From an uncultured virus (IMG/VR IMGVR_UViG_3300042860_004714) (taxonomy: Duplodnaviria; Heunggongvirae; Uroviricota; Caudoviricetes): DNA of 60,044 nt. Position numbers and translations under genes: made by a program. Positions 20,120 through 28,098 of this stretch are shown here, piece after piece. The stretch is taken from the IMG/VR virus record IMGVR_UViG_3300042860_004714; one strand, written 5' to 3'. Each line of letters begins with the position of its first letter. Position 1 is the first letter of the stretch. The notes under the pieces are model-generated. The model did not search any database, was not told the origin of the DNA, and was given only the letters and a program-made list of their open reading frames with translations.

Positions 20120-20489
20120 GGCTACCAATCACGTAGAGCTTGAAAACTTCTTGAACATCAATTTGGTGGAGGAGGCTCATCGGAAGGCTTTGCTGAACCA
20201 GCAGCGCCGAAATCAGAGTTTTGCTGACACAGGTTACCGTGCAGCCGTCGCGAGAGATGCGAAGCTCCTCAAGGCGCTCGAAGTCGCTGCAAACTTGATT
20301 GACAAGATGCAGGAGAGCCAGATCGGGAGAACCATGCGCGATCCAGGCGCCGCCTACTCTCACACGAAGGGGACGACCGAGGCTCAGCTGTGGCGTGAAG
20401 CTTATCGGCTCTGCGACGAAGGAAAGCCGATCAGAAACTTTGAGTGGATCTACGGTGCCGCTGCTTGGCTTTGCGGGTTCAATACATGA
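20118..20489 (+). CDS. Hypothetical protein
   Basis: GGAGGAGG SD; 123 aa. Confidence 0.78.
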   Translation: MATNHVELENFLNINLVEEAHRKALLNQQRRNQSFADTGYRAAVARDAKLLKALEVAANLIDKMQESQIGRTMRDPGAAYSHTKGTTEAQLWREAYRLCDEGKPIRNFEWIYGAAAWLCGFNT

Positions 20490-20803
20490 ACCGAAGCGGG
20501 TTGAGTGTGCCTGCTCATGTCCTCGAGGAGGACAGTGACAAGATTTTTCTCGAGTACGCTCTGCATGAAAAAGAAAAGCTGCTTTCTAACTTTTGGGCAG
20601 AAGAAGCCAAGAGTCAAGCAGAGAGCGTAATGGATGTATCGACGGGGCTTTCGCAGAAAGAGAGAGCGGACAGAGCCTTGCACTCTTGTCGTGTTCTTTT
20701 AGCGATGTCCGTTGCAAAAGGTGATTGGGCGATGATCGACGCTCTCACGTTCGTCGCCTCGGAGATTCGAGACGTCCTTGTAGCACTGGGAGAAAGGTCT
20801 TAG
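20486..20803 (+). CDS. Hypothetical protein
   Basis: ATGA-coupled, helical 105 aa. Confidence 0.68.
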   Translation: MNRSGLSVPAHVLEEDSDKIFLEYALHEKEKLLSNFWAEEAKSQAESVMDVSTGLSQKERADRALHSCRVLLAMSVAKGDWAMIDALTFVASEIRDVLVALGERS

Positions 20804-20867
20804 CGTTTACTTTCTCGTCCTTTCGAGCTAACGATAGCCCGTACTGCCCCTCGGCACCGGAGCTATC

Positions 20868-22805
20868 GTGAACAGACACGCAACGGCAAGAAAGAATTTG
20901 GGCGTCGCGGGCTCTGCGGCGCCTGTTTCGATTCCGCAAAAGCTCCCTGCTTCTCCTCCAGACTTCTCCCGAGTGAGAGCGATCATCATGGCCAGCCCTC
21001 GTGACGAGGTGCCGGCCATTCGCGTCTTGAAGAACGTCCTGCAGACGGTTCACACGCAGCCCGAAGCTGAGGTTGCGGTGCACAAAATCGTAGGAGCTTC
21101 TTCCCCCGACATGGGCCAGATGCTCCACAAACTTGGCCTGCTGGCAGTTTACGCAGTGTCCTCGCCTGAATGGAGAAGTGTCGGACCCTTCGCCAGCTTG
21201 ACACCCGTCGAGCGCACTCAGTGGATGAGCCTTTACTTCCCTCAGGCGATCATGGTCCAGGCTCCCGAGCCGACCATCGAAGAGGTAAGAGCGGTTGTCC
21301 AGCGCTCCATTCAGCCCAACGACAGCCGTGTGAGCGCGCTTCGGGGCCTCGTCGAGCGAACCGACAGCATCAGCTACCTTCGTGCTGCAGTTGAATCTCT
21401 GCGAGAGAAGGTTCCGCAAGTTGACACCATGCTCGCGTTTGCGATCTACGCCGCAGCAAAACCGCAATGGCGCACTACAAGCTCGCCTCTCACCGCTACT
21501 CAGAGAAAGCAGGTCTGGAGCTTCTTCCCGGACTTGCATCCCGAGGAGACTGCTCGTGTAGAGGCCGCGGCACAGCAGGCTGCAGGCGAGGCCGTTGCAG
21601 AGATGCTTGGCAAGTCCAGCACCGACATCGCTCGAGAAATGATCAACAGCGCGGCGAACGTCGAGGTGCTCAACGATGCCATCGCGAGAGCTGCTGATCC
21701 CATCACGAAGCTGTCTCTTGAGCGGTCAAAGGCCAATCAGCTTCGCAATCTCGCAGCAGCCGCAGTCTCCGCGAAGCTCTTGCAGGCAAAGGCCGCCGGT
21801 CGCGTTGCACCCTTCGATGTCGTGAGCATCACGCCTGTTCAGGCCCAAGTTCGCACAGCGCAGGTCAATGCCAGAATTGCTGCTATCCAGGCTCAGATTC
21901 CTGGCATCAACAAGGCGCTCTCTGTGCTGCCTGTGGGCACGCAGCGCTGCACGTTCTACACGAACCTGCTTGCCCTTCAGGCAGAGATCAACTCTCTGCG
22001 GCAGCGGCTTACTCTGCTGAAGCAGAACAAGGACCGCGCTGTCATCGGGAACGCGCAGGTCGCCAACCGCCGCAAGCCCATCGTCCTCAAGGAAGGCGCG
22101 AGTCCTGAGATCAGCCCCGAGCTGCTTGCGACAATCGTGTTCTATCTCGTGAGCAGAATGCCGCGCAGACCGGGCGAGTCTCGTCGCCAGTTCCTGCTGC
22201 GTCTGCGGATCTACCTCAAGCGCGCTCTCGCTCGGTACGCAGCAAACGCCACGCAAGGCGAGCCTGCTGTTACCGCCGCAGAGACTGCAGCTGTCGCAAC
22301 TGTCGTCGAGGACACGCCTGTCATCGAGGCCGAGGTCACGGCAGGCGGTGAGGCGAGCGATCCCGCAGCCGAGGCTATGACGGAAGTGGCTGATGCTGCC
22401 TCCCCTGTGATGGAAGAGGCTGTTGACCGCGCCGCTCTCGGTTTGGCTGAGAACTCTTCTACCGACGAGTTCACCAACGCCGAAGTCGCGCAGGCCGTGC
22501 AGGCTCCCGCTCAGGTTCTCGAGCAGCCTGTTGTCGAAGACACTCAGCCGGTCCCCGAGGTGCCGTCTACGCCTGTTGCGGTTGATACGGCCGCACAGCT
22601 TGTCGCGATGGCGCCTCAGGCAGACCCGACGCTGACCGCTGTCGTAGAGGCTGCGCAGCTTGCCATGACGCTGCCTCCGTCCGAGGATGAGGCTGTTTTA
22701 GAAGATGTTGAGCCCGAGCACGAAGCTGCCCCTGAGCCTTGGTACAAGAACAAGTTAGTGTGGGCAGGCGGCGCGCTCGCCGCGATCTTCGCCCTTCGGA
22801 GTTGA
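20868..22805 (+). CDS. Ala-rich helical protein with acidic linker and C-terminal membrane anchor
   Basis: ARKN N-terminal motif; two LAxYA...PxWR...LTxxxR repeats; PWYKNKLVWAGGALAAIFALRS tail. Confidence 0.82.
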   Translation: MNRHATARKNLGVAGSAAPVSIPQKLPASPPDFSRVRAIIMASPRDEVPAIRVLKNVLQTVHTQPEAEVAVHKIVGASSPDMGQMLHKLGLLAVYAVSSPEWRSVGPFASLTPVERTQWMSLYFPQAIMVQAPEPTIEEVRAVVQRSIQPNDSRVSALRGLVERTDSISYLRAAVESLREKVPQVDTMLAFAIYAAAKPQWRTTSSPLTATQRKQVWSFFPDLHPEETARVEAAAQQAAGEAVAEMLGKSSTDIAREMINSAANVEVLNDAIARAADPITKLSLERSKANQLRNLAAAAVSAKLLQAKAAGRVAPFDVVSITPVQAQVRTAQVNARIAAIQAQIPGINKALSVLPVGTQRCTFYTNLLALQAEINSLRQRLTLLKQNKDRAVIGNAQVANRRKPIVLKEGASPEISPELLATIVFYLVSRMPRRPGESRRQFLLRLRIYLKRALARYAANATQGEPAVTAAETAAVATVVEDTPVIEAEVTAGGEASDPAAEAMTEVADAASPVMEEAVDRAALGLAENSSTDEFTNAEVAQAVQAPAQVLEQPVVEDTQPVPEVPSTPVAVDTAAQLVAMAPQADPTLTAVVEAAQLAMTLPPSEDEAVLEDVEPEHEAAPEPWYKNKLVWAGGALAAIFALRS

Positions 22806-22807
22806 GT

Positions 22808-23062
22808 ATGGCCTTCAAGATTGCAGACTTCCTCCCTCTTGTGATGAAGCTCGGTGAGTACCTGAAGTACGCGGTGGACCAGTACGCAGATCTGCGCAAT
22901 GTCGGAAACGACATCGGTCCTGACGCCCTGTCAGTGTACGTCGAGAGCAAGATGGAGAGCTGGAATCCTACAGTCGGTGGAAAAACTCTTCTTGACCCTC
23001 AGACCCGCTCTGCCGCCGCAAGGTTCTTGGCAGGAGTGGCAGTGAACTTCGCGAGGAAGTGA
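22808..23062 (+). CDS. Small hypothetical protein
   Basis: ATG 22808 after GGAG; 84 aa. Confidence 0.72.
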   Translation: MAFKIADFLPLVMKLGEYLKYAVDQYADLRNVGNDIGPDALSVYVESKMESWNPTVGGKTLLDPQTRSAAARFLAGVAVNFARK

Positions 23063-23697
23063 TGAACGAAGCCGCTTTCCTGACGGTCGTGTCCGACGAC
23101 TTCAGTTACCTCGAACCTGAACATTTCAGGGACGTTCCTCGGTACGCGCTGCCGCAGGAAAGCGCCTTGTCTTCTGTACAGCCTGTGGCGTCGCGCAGTA
23201 GCGCGCCTCCCCAGGCTGTAAAGAATCCGAGTGATGATTACGGAAAATACACACAGCATAAACAGGATGACGGAAGCACAATCCGATTTTATTCTAACGG
23301 AGGTGTTAGTTACTCGGATTACAACACTGAATGGGTGTATTACGAACCTGGCTCAGACACGGCCGCGTATTACACTGATAATAAGGAAATTTTTACAGGA
23401 AAAAAGGATAAGTCTTCGCGTAAGGATAGAAAAGCAGGTGAAGAAGATATCGGTGAGGCGGGGGACGACAAAAAGAAGAGAGATTCGAGGAGCGGCAAGA
23501 AAGCTGGTGTCTTTGGTGCTTTCCTCGGCTCGTTCGCCAAGGGCTTTTTGAAGTCCGACGATACTCCGGACGAAGAGCCGTCCGATACTGGTGGCGGCGG
23601 TGGCGAGGCGGGCATGGACCCCACCACCATCGCGCTCGTTGCGGTTGGTGGTGTAGTGCTCTTGGGCGGCGTAGTCTTCCTCGCTACGCGTAAATGA
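23059..23697 (+). CDS. Tail-anchored membrane protein
   Basis: Tyr-rich small domain; C-terminal TM TTIALVAVGGVVLLGGVVFLA-TRK. Confidence 0.8.
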   Translation: MMNEAAFLTVVSDDFSYLEPEHFRDVPRYALPQESALSSVQPVASRSSAPPQAVKNPSDDYGKYTQHKQDDGSTIRFYSNGGVSYSDYNTEWVYYEPGSDTAAYYTDNKEIFTGKKDKSSRKDRKAGEEDIGEAGDDKKKRDSRSGKKAGVFGAFLGSFAKGFLKSDDTPDEEPSDTGGGGGEAGMDPTTIALVAVGGVVLLGGVVFLATRK

Positions 23698-23709
23698 TGG
23701 GGGTTTACT

Positions 23710-24228
23710 ATGGTTTACCCCCAACATCGGCGTTTTCGTCCTTCCCCGTATTCCTACGGCGCTGCTGGTGTTCGTGTCAATCCTGTTGCTCGAACCAACG
23801 CCGAGCAGAAAGAGCCTTCCAGCAGCTCAAGTTCGTCTGATTCAAGCAGCGACAAGCTGAGCTCGAGAGAGAAGGCAGAGCTGATCGGAGGCGCGTCAGC
23901 AGAACTGACGAGCTTGATCGGCGGCGTCATCTCGACGAAGATGCAGCACAAGCAAGAACTCGAAACCATCAAGGCGACTGCTCGGGCTTCCAAGAAGACG
24001 GGTAAGAGCGATGCGATGCGGACAGAAGCTCAGGCGAAGCTGACTGCCGCAGAAGCTGCCCTTGCTGCGGCATCTTCGCCTAAGTTCTTGATTCCTCTCG
24101 CTCTTGTCGCAGTCGCAGGCATCATCGGCTTCGTGGTCGTCAAGGTGACCTCCTCTACGCCCCCTGCGGCGAAGAAGAAAAAGAAGAAGAAGCAGGAAGA
24201 AGAGGAGGAAGAGGAAAATGAGGACTAA
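23710..24228 (+). CDS. Membrane-anchored protein
   Basis: FRPSPYSYGA, ARTN, TM FLIPLALVAVAGIIGFVVV, then poly-K/poly-E. Confidence 0.8.
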   Translation: MVYPQHRRFRPSPYSYGAAGVRVNPVARTNAEQKEPSSSSSSSDSSSDKLSSREKAELIGGASAELTSLIGGVISTKMQHKQELETIKATARASKKTGKSDAMRTEAQAKLTAAEAALAAASSPKFLIPLALVAVAGIIGFVVVKVTSSTPPAAKKKKKKKQEEEEEEENED

Positions 24229-24787
24229 GCGATTTCAGCCCTCGGCGTACTCAGCAACCCCTGCGGGGCACTACGCCGCGCCGTTCCGCTCCTCCCCTGC
24301 TGCGCGGTCGCACTACCCGCCGGTCAGAAGAAGCCGTCACTTCGGTGATCCTGAGCTGACCGAAGAAGAAGCAGCAGAACTGGCTCAAGCGGAAGCAGCT
24401 GCCGGAGAAGTAGAAGAGCAGGGCGGAGGGGTCGAAGAGTACATCTCGTACTTGAATCTCGCAGCACCTGCGATCCAGACCATTGTTTCAGGCGGAGGGT
24501 CTGCAGAAGAGAAATACGAGACGACCAAAGCCAAGATCGAGAACTACAAGAAGCTCAAGAAGAAGACCAGCAACAGACTCTTGAAGCTCTTCTATGATTC
24601 GCAGATCAACAAGTTTCAGGCGAAGCTCAAGGTCTACGAAAAGGAAATGGGAGAAGAGCAGTCGAGCGAGACCTTCTTTACGGCAGGAAAGGTCATTGTC
24701 GTCGGCGGCGCTCTTCTTGGTCTCGGGATCATGGTTCAGGTCATTCGCGTTCTCGGCTCAGCCAAACGAGCCGTCGACAGGAAATGA
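24218..24787 (+). CDS. Tail-anchored membrane protein
   Basis: RFQPSAY...HFGD, coiled coil, C-terminal TM. Confidence 0.8.
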   Translation: MRTKRFQPSAYSATPAGHYAAPFRSSPAARSHYPPVRRSRHFGDPELTEEEAAELAQAEAAAGEVEEQGGGVEEYISYLNLAAPAIQTIVSGGGSAEEKYETTKAKIENYKKLKKKTSNRLLKLFYDSQINKFQAKLKVYEKEMGEEQSSETFFTAGKVIVVGGALLGLGIMVQVIRVLGSAKRAVDRK

Positions 24788-25914
24788 AGTTTCAGCCCAG
24801 CCATCTTTCAGGAACGGAGCTTCTGGGTAGCGTTTATGGCGCTACGTGGAAGTTCACAAACGTTTTTTCGAAAGAGGGAAGGGCCGAAAACAAGAAAGCC
24901 AGAGCTGAATCAGCTCGCGAAAGAGCTAAGAAGAAAGGCGGAAAGGGCAAAGCGCGGCTTGAGAGGAAAGCAGACCGTCTCGAGATGCGCTCATCAAACC
25001 TAAAGAAGGACGCGAAAGGCGGGAAAACGATCGCCCCCGTCTTCAAGAATAGCGCTGCCTTGTGGCGCGTCGGATACCCCTTCACGCAAAGAGAGAAGAG
25101 AAAGGGGCTGCTTAATCGCACAGAATTGATGCGCCACACAGCGAAGGGCCACCAGCCCGCGTATCAGCTGATCAACCAAGAATACAGAGCGACCATCGCG
25201 GGTGGCTTGTACATCCTAAAGCACGCCTACAACCCAGAGACGAACAGCGCTGGGTACGAACCTTTTACGGGTTCTGATCCCGACGCTCTCGTTGTTCGTG
25301 CCAAGGGCACCAAAGAAGACAAAGCGTTTTTGCGTCAAGTAGCCAAGATGGCAAAAGCGCTCAAAAAGAAGGCGCCAAAGAACCTCAAGGAAGCCGCAAG
25401 CTTCATCCGAAAAGCTGTCGTAGAGAGAGGACTTGAGTCTCCTGCGTGGGCGCAGCGTGCGCTCTACATGGTCGGCTCGGCCATGAAGCGCGGTGAAACT
25501 TCTACCAGTGCGGTTCAGATTGCGGGTGGAGTCGCTGCAATCGCTTTGGGTACAGCGGCTACGGTTGTAACAGGAGGGGCTGCAGCTCCTCTTGCGATCG
25601 CAGCAGCGAGCGCCACAGTCGCCGCGGCAGGCGCTGGTGCAGCTGGCCAAGGAAAAGCAGCTAAGCTGGGCGGCGAGTGGGACAGATATGCACTCGAAGT
25701 TGAAAATGCGCTAAAGGACAGAGAAAACAAGTTTGTCACGGCTCAGCTCGACCGAGAGAACGAAGCTCTCGAGGCTGTCTACGCAGACGTAGAGGCCGCG
25801 AAGTTGGCTCAGCACCAAGCGATTGGTCGCTTTCTCGGTGGGTGCCTTTACCTCTCTCTCGGCATCATTGGTGCCGGCTACGTCTACAAGAAAGCGAAGG
25901 GGAAGAAGAAATGA
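24784..25914 (+). CDS. Membrane protein with Gly/Ala-rich hydrophobic hairpin and C-terminal anchor
   Basis: MKFQPS...VYGA; IAGGVAAIALGTAATVVTGGAAAPLAIAA; C-terminal TM + KKAKGKKK. Confidence 0.8.
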   Translation: MKFQPSHLSGTELLGSVYGATWKFTNVFSKEGRAENKKARAESARERAKKKGGKGKARLERKADRLEMRSSNLKKDAKGGKTIAPVFKNSAALWRVGYPFTQREKRKGLLNRTELMRHTAKGHQPAYQLINQEYRATIAGGLYILKHAYNPETNSAGYEPFTGSDPDALVVRAKGTKEDKAFLRQVAKMAKALKKKAPKNLKEAASFIRKAVVERGLESPAWAQRALYMVGSAMKRGETSTSAVQIAGGVAAIALGTAATVVTGGAAAPLAIAAASATVAAAGAGAAGQGKAAKLGGEWDRYALEVENALKDRENKFVTAQLDRENEALEAVYADVEAAKLAQHQAIGRFLGGCLYLSLGIIGAGYVYKKAKGKKK

Positions 25915-26564
25915 GACAGCACCGTTCCACGCTACACGATCTTGCTCAACTCCTCCCCGTGCAAGGAGAAGCTTCCAACAAGTCTGCGGCCAAGGCCAGA
26001 CGGGATTGGGCTTGGGGCAACGAAGATCCCGTTCACGTGATCGACTGGGCTGACCTCGGAGACAAAACGCTTGTGGAGTGCGGTCGCTTGGTTCGGCTGC
26101 ACATCCGCCCCATCGAGGCTGCAAGCAAGCACCCTCGTTTCCAGCATGACGCGATGATCGAGTTGTCGACGAAGATGGCCAAAACGTCTTTCGTGGCTTT
26201 CGACTTCGATCACCCGAACCAAAGACTTTACCTCCTCTTGAACCCCAAAGTGGCCGAAGCTGTCAAAGCGCGATTCTGGGACAACAACCCTGCTCGTGTG
26301 GTCAATCTGCGCGAGGTTGTCGCTTTCACGAGAGGGTGTCAGTCCAAGAACCCGTCCGACTATCCTAGTGTCAAGGTAAAGGTTCTCGGCATCCTGACGA
26401 ATGTCGTCTACCACACGCACAAGAAGGGTGACGGTCCCTCCTACTACATCCATCAGTTCGGTGAGGTCACGGGCGTCTGCCCCGTCTTGTGTGTCGACGC
26501 GCAAGGCAAGTTGTACTTGGCTGGCGGAGACTATACTTGCCCTGTCGAAGGCATTACGAACTAA
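25911..26564 (+). CDS. Hypothetical protein
   Basis: ATGA-coupled; globular, ends YIHQFGE...LYLAGGDY...EGITN. Confidence 0.75.
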   Translation: MRQHRSTLHDLAQLLPVQGEASNKSAAKARRDWAWGNEDPVHVIDWADLGDKTLVECGRLVRLHIRPIEAASKHPRFQHDAMIELSTKMAKTSFVAFDFDHPNQRLYLLLNPKVAEAVKARFWDNNPARVVNLREVVAFTRGCQSKNPSDYPSVKVKVLGILTNVVYHTHKKGDGPSYYIHQFGEVTGVCPVLCVDAQGKLYLAGGDYTCPVEGITN

Positions 26565-26578
26565 GTTAGGAGACGGTC

Positions 26579-27064
26579 ATGGCAAGCCAAATCGCCGAAG
26601 TTGCAGCAGCGAAGCCAAAAACTGGCGTCGACATGACCGCATTTATCAATCGGGTTCTTCTTGCCATGCGAGAAGAGCTCGGTGTAATGGCACTCTCTGC
26701 CACAGACGCGGAAGACACACTCCGCAAAATGCAGTCAGCTGCCAGGAACGAAAACAGACCAGAAAGAATCGGTACTCTGTACGGCAAGATTAAAGGCGTG
26801 GCCCTCGAATCAGGAGCGACAGATACCGCAGCGGCAATCACCAAGTCCGCCAAATGGTTTTACGATAACGTAGAAAAGCCTTCTCTCCCTGCGCAAAGTT
26901 CAGGGGGCGGCCATCTGACTGATCTGCCCGGCCCGACAGGCGACGAAGACGAAGACGAAGAACCGTTCTACAAACAGACGTGGTTCCTCGTCGGAGCGCC
27001 TGTCACGCTCGCTGTCATTCTCGGGCTCGCCATCGTGTTGTGGCCGAGCGACGACGAAGACTAA
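26579..27064 (+). CDS. Tail-anchored membrane protein
   Basis: Acidic linker, then PFYKQTWFLVGAPVTLAVILGLAIVLW. Confidence 0.8.
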   Translation: MASQIAEVAAAKPKTGVDMTAFINRVLLAMREELGVMALSATDAEDTLRKMQSAARNENRPERIGTLYGKIKGVALESGATDTAAAITKSAKWFYDNVEKPSLPAQSSGGGHLTDLPGPTGDEDEDEEPFYKQTWFLVGAPVTLAVILGLAIVLWPSDDED

Positions 27065-27372
27065 CGACCAAGTGAGATAACGCGAATCGGCTCTTCGTCG
27101 TCGTCATCGTCATCATCATCGTCGTCATCATCGTCGAGTTCGTCAAACTCGCTCTCGTCTTCGTCGTCAGTCGGGTCTGCGATAATGGAAAGTTGCTTGA
27201 TGTTGTTGTACAGCGCGATGTAGTTCACGCAAGCCTTTCGCACCAGATCAGAGACCGTGATGTTGTCGCCGAGAGCCTCTGTCTGCTCTTCCGCGATGTC
27301 TTGCAGTTGGTCGAAAATGGTCTCGCGGATGCGAACACGAAGAAGATGATGACCTACGAGCGGCTTCGCCAT
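27061..27372 (-). CDS. Ribbon-helix-helix-like transcription regulator with poly-Asp tail
   Basis: GGAGG SD; LLRVRIRETIFDQLQDIAEE...TVSDLVRKACVNYI. Confidence 0.72.
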   Translation of the reverse strand: MAKPLVGHHLLRVRIRETIFDQLQDIAEEQTEALGDNITVSDLVRKACVNYIALYNNIKQLSIIADPTDDEDESEFDELDDDDDDDDDDDDDEEPIRVISLGR

Positions 27373-27474
27373 GGAACCTCCGGGCGTAGCACACAAAGTA
27401 ACCCGGCATTTCTTGTCGAGTAGTGATGACGCAAAGAACTTGAGGTAGAGCTTAGCCACTTCGAGGACTACACC

Positions 27475-27990
27475 ATGAAGCCTGCCGCCCTTCGCATCGC
27501 CAGAAAGAATCCGGAAAACAAAAGCGGTGTTTACGATGACCCGCCGTTCTATCAGTACAACTATGACGCGAACACGAAAGAAATCACGATCATCAAGTCG
27601 CCTGTGTCGTCGTCAGCCACTCGAGTTCAGCCTGGAACAGATGCCTACAACGCGATCATGGGCATCATTCGATCCAGCCAGCCCATCGCCAACATCCCTT
27701 CTCCGTCAAAGTCTACGGGCGCGGCAGGGCTTAAGCCTCCTCCCGTGACTGGGGGCGACAAAGATCCTCCTAAGGGCGGGGGACGCGGCAAAGGAAAGGG
27801 CGGCTTAGACGAGATGTGGAAGACGTATCTTCTTTTCGCAGTGCCTGCGACAGTGCTCATTGGTGGCTACTTCTTGCTGACCGCCGAGGACAATAAGGAG
27901 CAGCCCAAGGCCTCTCGCAAGAAGAGAAAGCCGGTCGAAGTGGTGGAGCCTGAGTACGAGGACGAGACGGATGACGCTGAGTTCGCGTAG
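27475..27990 (+). CDS. Membrane-anchored protein
   Basis: ARKNP motif, Tyr-rich small domain, TM YLLFAVPATVLIGGYFLL. Confidence 0.8.
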   Translation: MKPAALRIARKNPENKSGVYDDPPFYQYNYDANTKEITIIKSPVSSSATRVQPGTDAYNAIMGIIRSSQPIANIPSPSKSTGAAGLKPPPVTGGDKDPPKGGGRGKGKGGLDEMWKTYLLFAVPATVLIGGYFLLTAEDNKEQPKASRKKRKPVEVVEPEYEDETDDAEFA

Positions 27991-28098
27991 CACAGATTGT
28001 GGCACACAGACTCTTTGCGCGCCCTTGCCGTCCGCTCTTCGCCGTGAGAAGTTTCTTCAGGCATCGGGGTTAGTTCCCGAGATCAATCGGAGACTTCG

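Noticed and set aside
27090..27170. (tcg/tca)n trinucleotide microsatellite
   Set aside because: It simply encodes the poly-Asp/Glu tail of the minus-strand regulator.
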